A DNA stretch of 58,796 nucleotides, the filler included, from Asterionella formosa (lineage: Eukaryota): the NCBI GenBank assembly GCA_002256025.1. It is 8 parts of 8 records of this genome, joined end to end, with 100 filler letters (N's around TTAATTAATTAA, not from the genome) between each part and the next. Parts side by side here need not be neighbours in the genome. Positions count along the whole stretch, not along the records: positions 1 to 7,283 come from NKIB01012485.1; positions 7,384 to 14,661 come from NKIB01012486.1; 6 more parts are not named here. One strand, given 5' to 3'. Both the position numbers and the translations under genes were made by a program. Positions 1 through 12,702 of the stretch are shown here, one piece after another; the stretch's first letter is position 1; every line of letters begins with the position of its first letter. The notes beneath the pieces are model-generated. The model searched no databases. It had not been told where the DNA came from and saw only the letters and a list, made by a program, of their open reading frames with translations.

Positions 1-300
1 ACCAGGTACCCTGGTACATGCCGGTACAGATATACAGTATTCGTCATTTCACGCACACAGTTTGAAATCCTTTTAGTCGTGTATTATAATACCGGGTACC
101 GGTAGATAAGTATTTACCGGTGCATGGTCTACCGGTACATTCTTTGGAAGCTTACAGACGAGGTAAAAATTGGAGTACGCGGTGTCCTGATATTTGATAT
201 CTGAATGAAGGCATTACGCCTCCTCCTCGGCCGACAATATAAAATAGCTTACCCGGTATTCAGAACGAGTTTATGTGCGGTACCTATGAAAGCATAAGCA

Positions 301-1875
301 ATGCAACTGAATGCTGCGTCAACAAATGAAGAGGAGCGCGTCGTGGTCGCAGTGACCATTCCACTGCCTGCGACTCCATTGATCCGAAGTGTCGATCACA
401 GCATTGGGAATCTGCAACGAGTGGTTGTTTTGTTGATCCTTTGCTTGATACTTACGTGGGCGAGAATATTTCACAGAATGAATGTTATCCATGCCATGAA
501 TAACGCAGATCTACTCTTTGATACCGCCAAGCAGTTTCAGGGATCACCAACGGCTAGCTTAGACGGCCCCCTTCGCATCTTGTACATTGTGACTACGTCT
601 ATGGAATACAACACTGGCAGGAAGGCGCGCATATTGGGTACAGATAGACTCATGAAAATTGTTGTTCCTGTGATTCAAGATTCGGTGGAAAGTATGATAG
701 ATAAGGGCTATGACGTAGACGTATTTCTTTTGACAGCCTACAACTTGACGGAGGAGCGAGAGCAAACGATCTTGTCCTTACTACCGGACGGTACTGGTTT
801 GGAAGTTTGGAGCGATGCGATTCCCTATGATTATGATTTGTTGGGAAGAGTTGGTTCAAAGTTTAGTGATCGTCTCTATCCCGTCGGGCGAACCCTCGCA
901 AGGCAACATCGGTTTGTTGTTAGGGATAAATTGTTTCATTACGATTTATTTCTTGCATTTGAAGATGATATGAGAATCACTGGAGATCACATAGAACACC
1001 ATTTGTGGCTTAATTCAGAACTGGATCGACTACGGCAAGAAGCGCCAGATACCTTTCCTTCCAGACAAGATAATTTCTTTGGTCAAATGACCAAGTCACA
1101 ACTAAAACGATTCAAACCTGGTTTCCTAAGGGTCGAAGTTATGTTGGACGAATTCAAATATCCGTTCCAAAAGTTCACAGCACCTGTGGCTGTCGACTTG
1201 GACTTTTCCGACCTTGGATTAAATGCTTCCGAGTCATTATTGGATCCCACCATTTGTTGTCATACCAAACACGTTGGTCTTCCCGGTGTTCCGAGGAAGC
1301 CGAATGACAATAGTATCATGCTTTGGGAGACTACTATCGCTGGCATAACTTTGCGCGAAATGCCACCATCTAGCTCGTTGGGGTGGGTTGGACTTTTGAG
1401 TGGTCCCCTGGAGACAAATCGTGCAGAAGCCTTTGCCAAGTATACTGGAAACACCTCTAGCTTTGTTAGTAGGGATCCGAGATTACTCGCTCAATCTGCT
1501 GGTTGGATTCTAACAAGAAAAGAAATCCTGAACTATCATGTGGAACTTTGCATGGGAGGTTTCCTTCCTCCCTTCAATACGCCAACCTTTGAAAAGGATG
1601 GACTGTACCTAAACAATGTGGAGTACTGGTCTGGAGGAATTCAAATGTGGTGTCCTAAGAATGGGTGCAATATTCGACGGATCATTACTTTGAGTCCATC
1701 CAACTTTTCAAAGCATCTTCTTTATCACACGGCAAACAACAAACAGATTATGATTGAGAAGAATCGTCGTGTCAAGGCTAACACTTTGCTCGGGCAGTTG
1801 AATACCTATCGAAAGGACGCCACAGCCTCCAAGCTCAAGATTCTTAAGGGTAATGTGAAGTCTAGCTTGCGATAG
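301..1875 (+). CDS. Uncharacterised probable type II membrane protein, possibly glycosyltransferase-like
   Basis: 524-aa intact ORF; N-terminal hydrophobic segment (VVVLLILCLILTW); acidic motif YDLFLAFEDDM resembling a GT-A DxD site. Exact start codon and function uncertain. Confidence 0.7.
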   Translation: MQLNAASTNEEERVVVAVTIPLPATPLIRSVDHSIGNLQRVVVLLILCLILTWARIFHRMNVIHAMNNADLLFDTAKQFQGSPTASLDGPLRILYIVTTSMEYNTGRKARILGTDRLMKIVVPVIQDSVESMIDKGYDVDVFLLTAYNLTEEREQTILSLLPDGTGLEVWSDAIPYDYDLLGRVGSKFSDRLYPVGRTLARQHRFVVRDKLFHYDLFLAFEDDMRITGDHIEHHLWLNSELDRLRQEAPDTFPSRQDNFFGQMTKSQLKRFKPGFLRVEVMLDEFKYPFQKFTAPVAVDLDFSDLGLNASESLLDPTICCHTKHVGLPGVPRKPNDNSIMLWETTIAGITLREMPPSSSLGWVGLLSGPLETNRAEAFAKYTGNTSSFVSRDPRLLAQSAGWILTRKEILNYHVELCMGGFLPPFNTPTFEKDGLYLNNVEYWSGGIQMWCPKNGCNIRRIITLSPSNFSKHLLYHTANNKQIMIEKNRRVKANTLLGQLNTYRKDATASKLKILKGNVKSSLR

Positions 1876-2753
1876 TATGTCCATTTTATTGGACTGAGTT
1901 GTATGCCCAATTGTGATGTTTAATAAATTTAGCACAAGCAAAGTAAACTTCATTATATCAGATCATGGTGTTTGCATTTTTGCTCCTGCATTTTCTCAAC
2001 CAACCTCTGACCATCATACAGTATGAGTAGTTTGATAAAATGATCATTGTTTATTCACAGCCATCTGATGGCTGACATCACTGGCTGTACATATGAAGGC
2101 CTGTCTTACGTTCTACAAATCAATGACACTGCCTTGAAACAGTATGACTTGTGCATGGTACTCAACTCCCTCAAAAGCATTGCAGTGATTTGCAATTGAG
2201 TTTAAATTTTCAATCCTATGTACAACTGTACAATTTTCTCCAATTCAATTGCCCTACATAATATGCGCCACCACATGAGGTACTGATCTATGATGTAAGA
2301 TGAAGGATTTAACTTTAGAACAATAATGGCAAATTGCCTTTGATTATGGACCGCAAAAGCGGCTGGAAATAATGGAGAGAAATTAAATAATTGTATGCTT
2401 GTTTTGTTGATGGGAGCAATTAAATATATTATGTACATATATCAACCCTAGAAAGAATATGTTATAATTATCTTTGTGTCAACTTTTATTTGCTTTCATG
2501 CTAATATTTGAGCAGCTGGTCAGCTCTGCAAAACAGCATTAGGCAGTACATATGTATACTCATTGAAATGTACATGTTCAATCGTTTCAATTGATTTATA
2601 CACAAGGAATTGCTCTGATTAGCAATTGAGACTGTATACTCACCTCTATATAAATCATGATCAAAAAAGCATGTTTTCGTACAAGCAGATCCTTGCCCGA
2701 TTGTCAGGATTAAAGTAGGTGCTTCTTGACCTTCGTTGTACTCCATGTTTTGT

Positions 2754-2990
2754 ACCAGGTACCTGTACGAATACTAACAGATTGTACAGGTAGACGACTA
2801 CCTGGTTGGTACCTACCTGGTACATGGTACCAGTTCAGCAGTTACATGTTTGCACCAAGGAGCTGGTACCTAGTACCTAGTACCTGGTACCGTTGCCCCA
2901 TACATCCATTGCTTGCTATCAAGAGTTGTATGCATATTACCAGTACTCTGGTACCAGGGTACCAGGTACCGTCCCGTACCCTGGTACCAT
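2754..2990. repeat. Cluster of TACCAGG/TACCTGG/GGTACC units
   Basis: Dense GGTACC-containing units upstream of the GrpE gene; they produce spurious YQVPGTW-type ORFs. Confidence 0.8.
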
Positions 2991-3286
2991 GAATGCCCTA
3001 AAATTCTCGCACATATGCATACACATGTAAGAATATTCATTGGCTCGGGCGGTGGATGACCATACAGGAATGATGTGTACCGGTACACCACATTAAGACT
3101 GATGGTTACTCCTACGACCATTTCCAATGTTATTTTGTAGCGTGGTGACTTTCCATGCAGCTCTTCGCGAGTCCCAATTTCCACATCATCATGATATATA
3201 GTACAAGGTAACAGTTTCATTTGTGGCTCGTCATAAACACTTGCTATTGTAGCGATACCAAGCAAAACGGAGGAAGAGACATCACC

Positions 3287-4006
3287 ATGACAAGCCGACT
3301 TGTCCAACAGAGCACTAGACATGTTCTTCAACGTATCCGATGTACTTCCGTGTCTGTTTCAAGGAAAGAGGTCCACTTTTGGGCTCCCCTTTCTGCCACC
3401 ACATTTACTTCCCAACAGCGAATGTTCAGCGACAACAAGGGAACAGCAGAAAAAGAGGTCAATGAAGAAACCGCCGCTGAGGAAAATGCTGCTGACGCTG
3501 CTGCGGAAGAAGAAAGTTCCCCCGAGGAAGATTCCCGCGAAATTCAACTGGAACGGCAAGTCATTGAGTTGAAGGACCAGCTCCTTCGTTCCTTGGCGGA
3601 ACAGGAAAATACTCGTCGGATTGCAAAACGAGATGTGGAAGCCGCTCGGAACTTTGCCATCAAGTCATTTGCCAAGTCCTTGTTGGATACGAGTGACAAT
3701 TTATCATTAGCTCTCGACGCGGTCCCCGAAGAGCTCAGAGCTGACAAGGATGGGCATCCTGTGCTGGCAAATCTATATGAAGGAATCAAAATGACGCAAT
3801 TGGGATTAAACAAAGCATTTGAACAGAACGGTTTGGCTGGGTATGGAGAGGTTGGAGACTTGTTCGATCCCTCTCATCATGACGCTCTCTTTCAATACTC
3901 GGATCCCAACTTAGAGAATGGAACTATTGGACAAGTTATGAAGAAAGGATTCTTCCTCAATAAGCGAGTTCTACGCCCTGCCGAAGTCGGGGTCGTGAAG
4001 AAATAG
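3287..4006 (+). CDS. grpE: Mitochondrial GrpE nucleotide-exchange factor (Mge1-like co-chaperone)
   Basis: Motifs LRSLAEQENTRR, FAIKSFAKSLLD, FDPSHHDAL, KKGFFLNKRVLRPAEVGV; Arg/Ser-rich presequence from ATG 3287. Confidence 0.93.
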   Translation: MTSRLVQQSTRHVLQRIRCTSVSVSRKEVHFWAPLSATTFTSQQRMFSDNKGTAEKEVNEETAAEENAADAAAEEESSPEEDSREIQLERQVIELKDQLLRSLAEQENTRRIAKRDVEAARNFAIKSFAKSLLDTSDNLSLALDAVPEELRADKDGHPVLANLYEGIKMTQLGLNKAFEQNGLAGYGEVGDLFDPSHHDALFQYSDPNLENGTIGQVMKKGFFLNKRVLRPAEVGVVKK

Positions 4007-4769
4007 ACTTTTTCTGTGAAAAATGATAATCTAAATCCATAAAAGCAGTATAGGATTACGATTTAGTATAGGATTACGATTTAGTGTCAACTCTGGTTTA
4101 GATGCTAATATTTTAATTAGCCTCCCACCCCTTGCAAGTTGGAAACACTTTTTGTCTGCTCGAAACTTGTCGATATCCATCGACAGCAAGGACTAGCCAG
4201 AACAGTTGGAGATATACAGTCCATTGACATTTTCACTCAGTTTCACTCAGCTATGCACACTTTCAACCTGATTTTAACCATCACAGCCTCGGTTACTCTA
4301 TAGTTGGCCAATTGTAGGCAGTTTTTTCGGTCAACCGATGGAAGTCGATTTTTTATTGTGCTAGAGATTAGGAGCAGCCGTTTAAACCAATTTGTTGCAC
4401 CTCATTCTGCGCAGAGGGAAAATGTTGCTATGCTGCAATATGCGTCTACTTTCTTGCATTCTCGACGGACTTGAAGACAGGCAGGGAGGCAGTTCCCAGT
4501 GGGCTAGTAGCGAAATAATTGTAAGGGAAAAGCATAGAACTAATGCTTTACACACCATTATGAGTATAAATGAGTGTCTAGAACAAAAGTAGGTACTCCA
4601 TCCTTGTCAAAGGAACACAGTCACCTTGAGGCACCCCTTATATTTTGAGCAAATTAGATCTGCATGTCAAAGGTGTCCAGCTTGAATCAATCAATGTTTA
4701 TATTGACACCCAGGAGAAAGAAAGTCCATCTCGAAAACTAGCATCCCCTTTCTGACGTGCCGGTGTGGA

Positions 4770-5182
4770 TTATGCATAGGAGAGGACTTCAATTTCGAAA
4801 ATCAATTCCGAGTTGGGCATGATCCCCCATGCTGGGAAACCACCGGCGCCGTACGCGTAATCAGGCGTGCAGTGGATCGTGGCGATTTCACCGATGCTCA
4901 TCCCAATAACGCTCTCATCCCAACCTACATGTTGAGAAAAAACTGGTTAGTTCGCCCTTTTTCATGGAAATCGCGAGGACTATAATATCAATTCTTACCC
5001 TTGATCACTTGGCCCAGGCCAACCTTGAACTTGAACGGCTCTTGACCTGGATCTTTTGTGCTCCAGAACTTTTCATTCATATTGCGGTTCTTTCCATAGC
5101 CAGTGCAGTGAACAGTGACGCTTTGACCGCGCTTGGGCATGACGCCGTTGCCTGCTTTGATTAGAGTCTTGACGAATCCCAT
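4770..5182 (-). CDS. FKBP12: FKBP12-type peptidyl-prolyl cis-trans isomerase, 2 exons (5182-4999, 4924-4770), 112 aa
   Basis: Splicing a GT-AG intron (4998-4925) gives [13 protein letters not shown]...[58 protein letters not shown]. Confidence 0.93.
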
Positions 5183-5479
5183 GGTGAAGATAAAAAGCAA
5201 ATTATTATTGCATTTGATCACCTACTACCGGTAGTACCGGTACTCAATCCATTTGCAAGTGAAAAGCGTGTCAGGACGGAATAGCACCGGTACCGGTATA
5301 TATCAGCTGGACATATGCCAAAGTGCTTACCGTACTACATGTCTACATTTGGTGACTACAGGTAAAATTTATGCCGGTAAAAACATACCGGTATGTACCG
5401 GTATGGACTTTACTGTGGCGGCTCCAGATTGTATGTAGTCCGGTACATCCGAGGGGCACCAGGAACCAGGGTACAAGTA

Positions 5480-5577
5480 CCAGGCAAGTTGCGGTCATTT
5501 TGCTTAAACTAACATTTTAATCTGGGATAAAGAAAGCTAAATCTTTAGTTTGAGCAAAATTACCGCAACTTGCCTGG
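5480..5577. mobile_element. 98-bp hairpin MITE, TA-flanked, copy 1
   Basis: TA|CCAGGCAAGTTGCGGTCATTTTGCTTAAACTA ... TAGTTTGAGCAAAATTACCGCAACTTGCCTGG|TA; near-identical copy at 6604-6699. Confidence 0.75.
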
Positions 5578-6603
5578 TACCGGTACCGTAGTCCGTCCAT
5601 AATGTCTGTCTGTCTGTGTCAGACACTGATGGTTGCCTCTACCCGTGTTGCTGTTCCTCTCTATTCCAATTTACCTACTTTTACTTTACTATAATCACTC
5701 TTTTAACATACCCCCTTCCATACTACTATTGAGCTTGTCAGGTTAGTTAATTGACTCACATTTGTCCTTGCCATTGTTCGCTAACATTCCCTCTTTCACT
5801 GCATCATCACAGTCAATATATCACTTGATGATAAATAGGAAAGATTGAGTCTTAAAATGATAGGTAGTAGACTCAGGTAGGAAACAGGTAGATGAATAGA
5901 GAGGACAAGAAGATGACAGATTGTAGAGGGATCCAAGGTTGTGTAGAACTTAAGTAACAAATTGTGTGGGAAGGTCAATTAGGGTGGATCTTGTATAGAT
6001 CCAAGGTGGTAGCTAGTAGACAGATCTTGCAGGGATCTAAGATGCTAGATCTTGTAGGGATCCAAGGTGGTAGAGTAGCAAGCTAGTAGCTAGATTATGT
6101 AGGAATCAAGTGCTGGCAAGCAGTAATGAATTTATGGGATTAAAGGTTGAAAGAAAGGAATGAATGTAAATTTGGTTGAAGAACCTTATGTTTTCAATTA
6201 TATGAGCTTAATTCTAGTTGACACAATGAGGAAGGTGAGGAAATGCCGGAAGCAACGACTAATGAATTGCTGGCACCATAGACTGGTGAGTAGTGAATCT
6301 ACAGACTCCTAAGGGAAAGGTAGAGAAATGCCAGAAGCAAGACCAGAGGTGCTGGCAGTAGACTGTTTATGAATGTACACCCTGGTACCATAGCTAGACC
6401 TGTCTGCTCAGCATTGTGCTGTCATTCCAGTACTATGCATAAAACCTGGTACACAGTCTAGTAGCATCACTAAATTCCTGCCGGCAGTATCAGCATGGTA
6501 CAGAACCACCTAATGGATTGTAATAAATACTAGGTACACAGCCTGGTACTGCTAAGATCAATAAATTCCTGCCGGCAGCCAGTATGCAAACCAGTAATAG
6601 CTA

Positions 6604-6699
6604 CCTGCAAGTTGTGGTCATTTTGTTTAAACTAACATTTTAATCTGGGATAAAGATAGCTAAATCTTTAGTTTCAGCAAAATTACCGCAACTTGCTGG
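6604..6699. mobile_element. 96-bp hairpin MITE, TA-flanked, copy 2
   Basis: TA|CCTGCAAGTTGTGGTCATTTTG ... CAAAATTACCGCAACTTGCTGG|TA; core nearly identical to 5484-5573. Confidence 0.75.
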
Positions 6700-7283
6700 T
6701 AGTAAAGTGCTGCTCCGACAGTATGGTGCTGCCGTTGACAGGGCAGAAGTTACATAGTGCTACTGTTGGTAATATACTGGCATTACTCTTAGTAGCTACT
6801 AGTATACAAAATGACCAGGAAGGTAGCTACGGTAAATCAGCGAATTGCGTGCACTATATACAAAAAATTCCACGTAGCGGTTTCAAGCAACCTACTTCAT
6901 TGGAAGTCTGTCCGGCTCACCAATTCCGAAATGATGAACACCTCAAATTATTTCAAATCAATTTATTTACCGGTAGATTACTTGTAACTGTTATAAACTT
7001 TCAAACAGAAAAGCGCTGCCGCCTTTCAACGCAGCATCGCTGACTACCAACTCAACTTGCTGATTGCGGACTTCTTGTTGCTAACTGCTGACTTGACTTG
7101 CTGAAAATTTGAAATATTCGCTGACTGCTGACTTCGTTTGCTGTTTGCTAACTTCAACGTGTTGACGTCAAAGAAGCTACTTTGTACATAGGAAGAGACC
7201 GACTACCATTACTAGTGTACGAATCGTGTCTACTTTTCATATTAGAATAACAATGGAAACGCATCATCTTTTTGTTGTTGGGA

Positions 7284-7383
7284 NNNNNNNNNNNNNNNNN
7301 NNNNNNNNNNNNNNNNNNNNNNNNNNNTTAATTAATTAANNNNNNNNNNNNNNNNNNNNNNNNNNNNNNNNNNNNNNNNNNNN
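7284..7383. other. Artificial contig linker
   Basis: 100 nt of N with central TTAATTAATTAA (stops in all six frames). Confidence 0.97.
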
Positions 7384-8171
7384 GCTGTTTCCTTACTCAT
7401 GACTCTCCTTTCGTCATTGTTAGTGCCATGAAGAAGTTTAGAAATATCATCGACATTTAGAGCCGAGAGGGAATGTAGTCTCCCAATTGGAGATTCTTGG
7501 CGAGTCTCTAGCTCGCAACTAGTAATCTTCTCTTCACAGCAGGGATTCATGATTGATTCTGAGGATTCATGCCTTTCCTTCATGCCTTGAATGTCGTCGT
7601 TGCTTTCAAAATTATTATTCTCTTTCTTGTAATCCTCACCGAGCAAGTCCAAGAGAGCAGTCGTGAATTCGTGGCAGTCTTGTTGACGATAACCGACAAA
7701 AAGATGAGACCGACTGTCGAGAAATGTCTTGAAGGCTTCCGGACGAACTGTTGCCTGTGATTGGAGCTGCTCCATAAGAGTCAGGTATTCTTGCCTTAAC
7801 CCGAGCTTTTCTTCTTTTAGTTCTTCAAGTGCCATTTCGCGCAAATATGCATTAAACTTGTCTAGACTGGCCAACATTTGTAGACCTGAGTTCATATAGC
7901 AAGTGTTTCCCAGATTCCTCAGACCACCATAGCACAGAGAAACAGCGATACCCTCGCGAGTCAGTGTCGCGTCGTGTTCAACATCCTCCATTTCGACATC
8001 ATTATCATCAGATAAGGACGGGACTGAAACTGACAAGTCGTCGATTGACGGCGAGACCAGAGCGGCATCAGCATGCCCTAAATTTGAAATTGCATTTACA
8101 AAGTCGTCATCGTCATCGCAATAGCAATTTAATTCCATCATGTTCAGAGGAGAAAGGATAGCAGTAGACAT
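7384..8171 (-). CDS. Ubiquitin carboxyl-terminal hydrolase (USP, peptidase C19), 3'-truncated by contig end
   Basis: Cys box GLRNLGNTCYMNSGLQML and QQDCHEF motif; ORF runs into the linker. Confidence 0.88.
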
Positions 8172-8499
8172 CTTGGATAACTATTTAGCAATATATGAGA
8201 TTACGTTTTGGTGAGGTGAGGAGCAACGTGGTGCAATCCTTAGGTCGTTGCTCGTTGGAAATTATAACACGAAATTAATCCAGTCTCTTTATCGGCGAAT
8301 TATATGTCTACCACTGAACTGGGTTTACTGTACCTGGTACCAGGTACCAGTTTACCTAATTGTGTGTAAATGTAGTTTTGGTCTTGTATGATGAACAAAA
8401 TGTGAATTTTGTGGACAGGATAGGGCCACGGTGGTCTTTGCATGTCGTAAATGCCCCTAATCCGATCCCTCGGCATGACCGTTGGTGTTATGCTGTCTT

Positions 8500-9042
8500 T
8501 TCGGTACCAGGGGTACCTGGTAGCCTGGTACTTCCTACTAGGTACACCCTGCGCTGGTGCATATGTAGGGAACCTGTACCAGGTAACTTGTGCCGGATTA
8601 CCGGTATCTAGTGCACCACGTCGTACTTGGGACCGTCCAGTATCGAGCTACGTACGAGATACCATACCCTGGTACCAGGGTACCTGGTACCCTGGTACCA
8701 GTGGACGTATCCCATACACACTAAATGCCGGTAGTTTACTGGTACCTGGTAAGTACCAGTTACCGGTAATGATTTTGTTGATGAATCATTTTTTACAACG
8801 AGGACAAGCAAAGATTCGTCTTCTTTTCAGATCGATTTGCTTCGTCAGCCATCCTCGAAGTGATTCCCGATTGTGCGCACTTTTTGTACTAACGGTATGT
8901 AGCAGCAATACTGGTACCAGGTGTGCTCTGACTCGAGCGAGGAACAACACCGGTACCAGGTACCTGGTACAAGGGTACCAGTAGCTGGTACCTGGTACCA
9001 CCAGTATATGGATAGTACTTTGTACCAGGGTACCGGTACCGG
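8500..9042. repeat. Cluster of TACCAGG/TACCTGG/TACCGG units
   Basis: Many GGTACC-containing units between the divergent USP gene and tRNA, densest at 8670-8766 and 8950-9042. Confidence 0.8.
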
Positions 9043-9149
9043 TGTTCGTTCGATCGACAACTGTATAGCTAATTTTTTTAAGGAATGTTATTGACAGGGT
9101 TTAAGAACTTACTTTCACAAACAAGTGGTGACGCATCTGTTGTGTCCTT

Positions 9150-9221
9150 GCGACTGTGGCGCAATGGCAGCGCGTTGCACTCCTAATGCAGAAGTTGCGG
9201 GTTCGACTCCCGCCTGTCGTT
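9150..9221 (+). tRNA. tRNA-Arg(CCT)
   Basis: A box TGGCGCAATGG, anticodon arm TTGCA-CT-CCT-AA-TGCAG, T arm GCGGG-TTCGACT-CCCGC, acceptor GCGACTG/CTGTCGT (one T-T mismatch), T5 run just downstream. Confidence 0.88.
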
Positions 9222-12096
9222 ATACATTTTTAATGAAAATAGATGTTCTACTGCAGATGTTGAGAAAGACAAGTATTGAAATGCTTGATCAGTTTTTTTC
9301 ATCATGATTGCTGTTTTGTAACTTGTTTTGAGATTAGTTCTTATCACCAAAATGTTAACCAGTTCCTTTTATTCCCTTGTTCTTTATGATGATAACGAAG
9401 TAGGATTAGAATAAATGTAGATGGTTTAAAATCAAAGAGTGAAACAATATCAATAAAAGGTTTACTGGTATAATACTTTCATTTTTGGTGCGCCAATAAA
9501 AGTCAGTTGTGTTATTCATGAAGAATTATAAATAAATCATTCTTTTGCGTTTCTTCCTTCGAAGATGTCATCCAAGTATATAACCATATAAAGTGTTAGA
9601 TCATGATCAAATACCTACCGGAATTGATCATTCATTCAAATATCTTCAATAGCGGTGACGTACTGCCTGTATTCTCTGTATCATGTAAGTACCGGTATAC
9701 TTTGAAGGTATGTATAATAGGTACCAAAAATACTTGTCTTACTCCGTACCAGGGATGTGATTAGCTACCGGAAGTACGTTCGAGGTTCTTCCAAGAAGTC
9801 TTGAAAAGTTTATCTTATCATTCATACTTAAAAAAATAGGGTATAGACATAAAGAAATATAAATGAAACTTAATTTTGTTTTCGACATTGATAATATCTC
9901 TCTTCCCTACATGCAGATGTGAGAAGGAGGATTGATTCTCTCCTGTCACCTATCAATCAACCATGAAAGCAGAGGTACCGGTAAGTTATGTGCTCATTTG
10001 CTGCTCATATGTCTATTGGAGCGCAAAGTTTTATGATTGTTTTGCTTCTCATATGTTTATAAAAGAAACCAGGCTTGTTAATGATTCTTTCGTTTCAAGT
10101 TTGTGTATAGAAAAGTGCTTCTGTACAGAAGTCACGACGTCGTCTTGGTGCACATGCGTGTAAAGAATCGCGCTTTTGATCATAAATTATGTGATTCTTT
10201 CGTTGCGCATCTGTGGAGATGGTTTACACATTTCAAAAATTTCGCTAAAATTGTTCTTATCTCCTACAGGAAAATTATACAAGAAGGTTAGAGAATTTGA
10301 GTTTGCTCTCATTCTTAATGGTGGAATTTTGAATGTAACATCAATAATTTCGCTGACTCTTTCATTTCATCTTGAAGAAAAACATGTCAAAGTAAATGAT
10401 ACATGTCAAAGCAAACGATAAAAACAGACGTAACTACCATAACTGGATAGAGGGTATTAAAGAGGATAATTTGCTCATTCTGTTAAAAGATGTACAGTGG
10501 AAAGGATGTGGACCAGAAGCATAAAATGTATATTATTAAATATCAATCCATTTTTGTTTATCATTGATTGAACATGATAATAATTATGTTAGGTCGAAAT
10601 CTGGAATAGCATTTGATAAAAGCACTCCAAACATTAGTGCAAAAGATCAATTGTCTTGATCGAACGATTTCTATCTTTAGATTGTAGATTGACTAATTGA
10701 TGCAATATAAGAAACTGTTTGACATGATGACAATATGTCTAAAATCATGCATGTCTATATGTTTATGATCTAACACGCACGCAAAAAGTTAATGATCAAT
10801 ATCTTTTTATGTATGATCAATAAAAACCGTCATAATGCGATAATTTTGGGGCGTTCGATAATAGAGAAATTTTGGGGCATTCGATAATAGAGCGAAATGT
10901 TAGGCCTACCACTTTTTTCATTCACAGACGTTGCTATTATTTATATGATTATCCATTCCAATGATCTCCTCCTCCTTAACAGCATCTTCAATATTGACCA
11001 TTTCATCAAGAAACGTAAATACCGTAACTCAATGACCTCGTATATTCATTCTTCTTTCTTTCGTTCCTTAGAGTCTTTGAGCAGTTCAACAGCTACTGCA
11101 GTACGATCAACATACTGCACTGCCTCAATTTTCTTGTTCGCAATTCTCCTTGAAAGATATCCAACTCTGCATTTTTGACGTTCTGGATGGAGTTCCTCAC
11201 AGTCCATCGTCTCCCGGATTGCATCCTCGAGTTCTTGTAGGACCTCGTCCAGCACTGTACACCAATGCAAGAAGACCATTGATCCAACTTTCCGAGTTGA
11301 TTTTCAACAATGATGATGGGCATAGCTGCGCCCATTATTCTTTGCCATCAGCCAATGACCTGGCAATCAGGAATGGGCGCGTCGTCAATTCAACATCCAT
11401 TTTGACAATAACTGTAATGATGATGGTGATGGATAAAAATATTTACGAAAAATCAAGGCATTAGCATCGCTTGATACATACATGTACCAATGTTTATATG
11501 TATGGTAATTGGTTTTCGATAAATTTATTTAAATGCTTCATATTTAATTATAAAAACGGAGTTTATGTTCATGTCTATGTAACTCATAATAACGCATTTT
11601 TTTCGAGTAAGCTGACCTTCACGTAGGAAAATGGTATGTAGTCTACATAATCCGTGCTAAAATAAGCTGCTTGGCAATGACGGTTCCGATAATCGAGGAT
11701 GCAACTATTATCGGACAGAGGGAGTACCATGTAGCAGTCAACAAAGCAAGGAGAGGGTGGACGAGTCGCCCTTTATTTGTCCCAGGGACTGGATCAGTGG
11801 TCCCAGATGCTTGCTGCAGATGCTCCTTCTGAGAACTGATACCGGTACTTGTGGTTTCCTTTCCTTTTGCTCTTCTCTGTTTTCAGACATTTCACCTTTC
11901 TTAAGGATTCGCATAAGTAACTGGGCCAATCACGTCGTTTCCCACAAGGGTTGTTGGCACTGCGGGTTTCTTCAGATCTTTGCCATTCCCTTCTGACATT
12001 TCTTGGCCATACCTGCGCTTGATGTATCATTTATTTACTGTTCTCCGAAGTAGCAGGCACCACGTACCTGGTACCTGCTTCCACCAGTCAAGAGTA

Positions 12097-12671
12097 CCAC
12101 CTAAAAACTGAGAGTCATCCTTTAAAACAGGGTAATCACACGTTTTGGGACGAATATTAGAGATACATTGATTCTGTTTCAGACAAACTTGTTTCTTGGC
12201 ATGCATGGAGGGGCAATGTCCATAAATGTAAGTTGAGCTTTCGTGGCCGTTCTTGCGATAAATAGGTCGAAAGGTAGCTGTCGCCAAAATTTGGGTCAAA
12301 TCAGTTTTCCCTACTGAGCCGGCAATACATTTTTGAAACTTGGAGCACATTTCAGCTAATTTAATGTTTTAGTGATTCTTTGTTAATAATTTAATGTCTT
12401 TTGTTTCTATACTTATTGGCTTCGATTGATCATCAATGTCACATGGAGTGATGTTGCTCCGCCCTGTTCACCATGCATAAATACGATCAGTTTGCTTAGT
12501 GTACTATTATAAATCACGGTGGCTGGTGATGATGAACAAACAGGACTCGGTACCTGAGAGAACGAGCTGCAATAACCTTCGTACTTGCTTCAACATTACC
12601 ATCCAATCGGACTGAAATAATTTGAGTCGTAACATGGGATTAAATAAGGATGACTCTCAGTTTTTAGGTGG
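12097..12671. mobile_element. Non-autonomous TIR element (575 bp) with TA target duplication
   Basis: Perfect 26-bp TIRs CCACCTAAAAACTGAGAGTCATCCTT / AAGGATGACTCTCAGTTTTTAGGTGG, TA on both sides. Confidence 0.85.
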
Positions 12672-12702
12672 TACCTGCTACTCGGAGTATCAGGTACCGG
12701 TA

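Noticed and set aside
4047..4082. 18-bp tandem duplication after the GrpE stop
   Set aside because: Two copies only; ordinary local duplication with no sign of function.
9125..9307. 60-aa ORF over the tRNA
   Set aside because: Explained by the tRNA-Arg gene.
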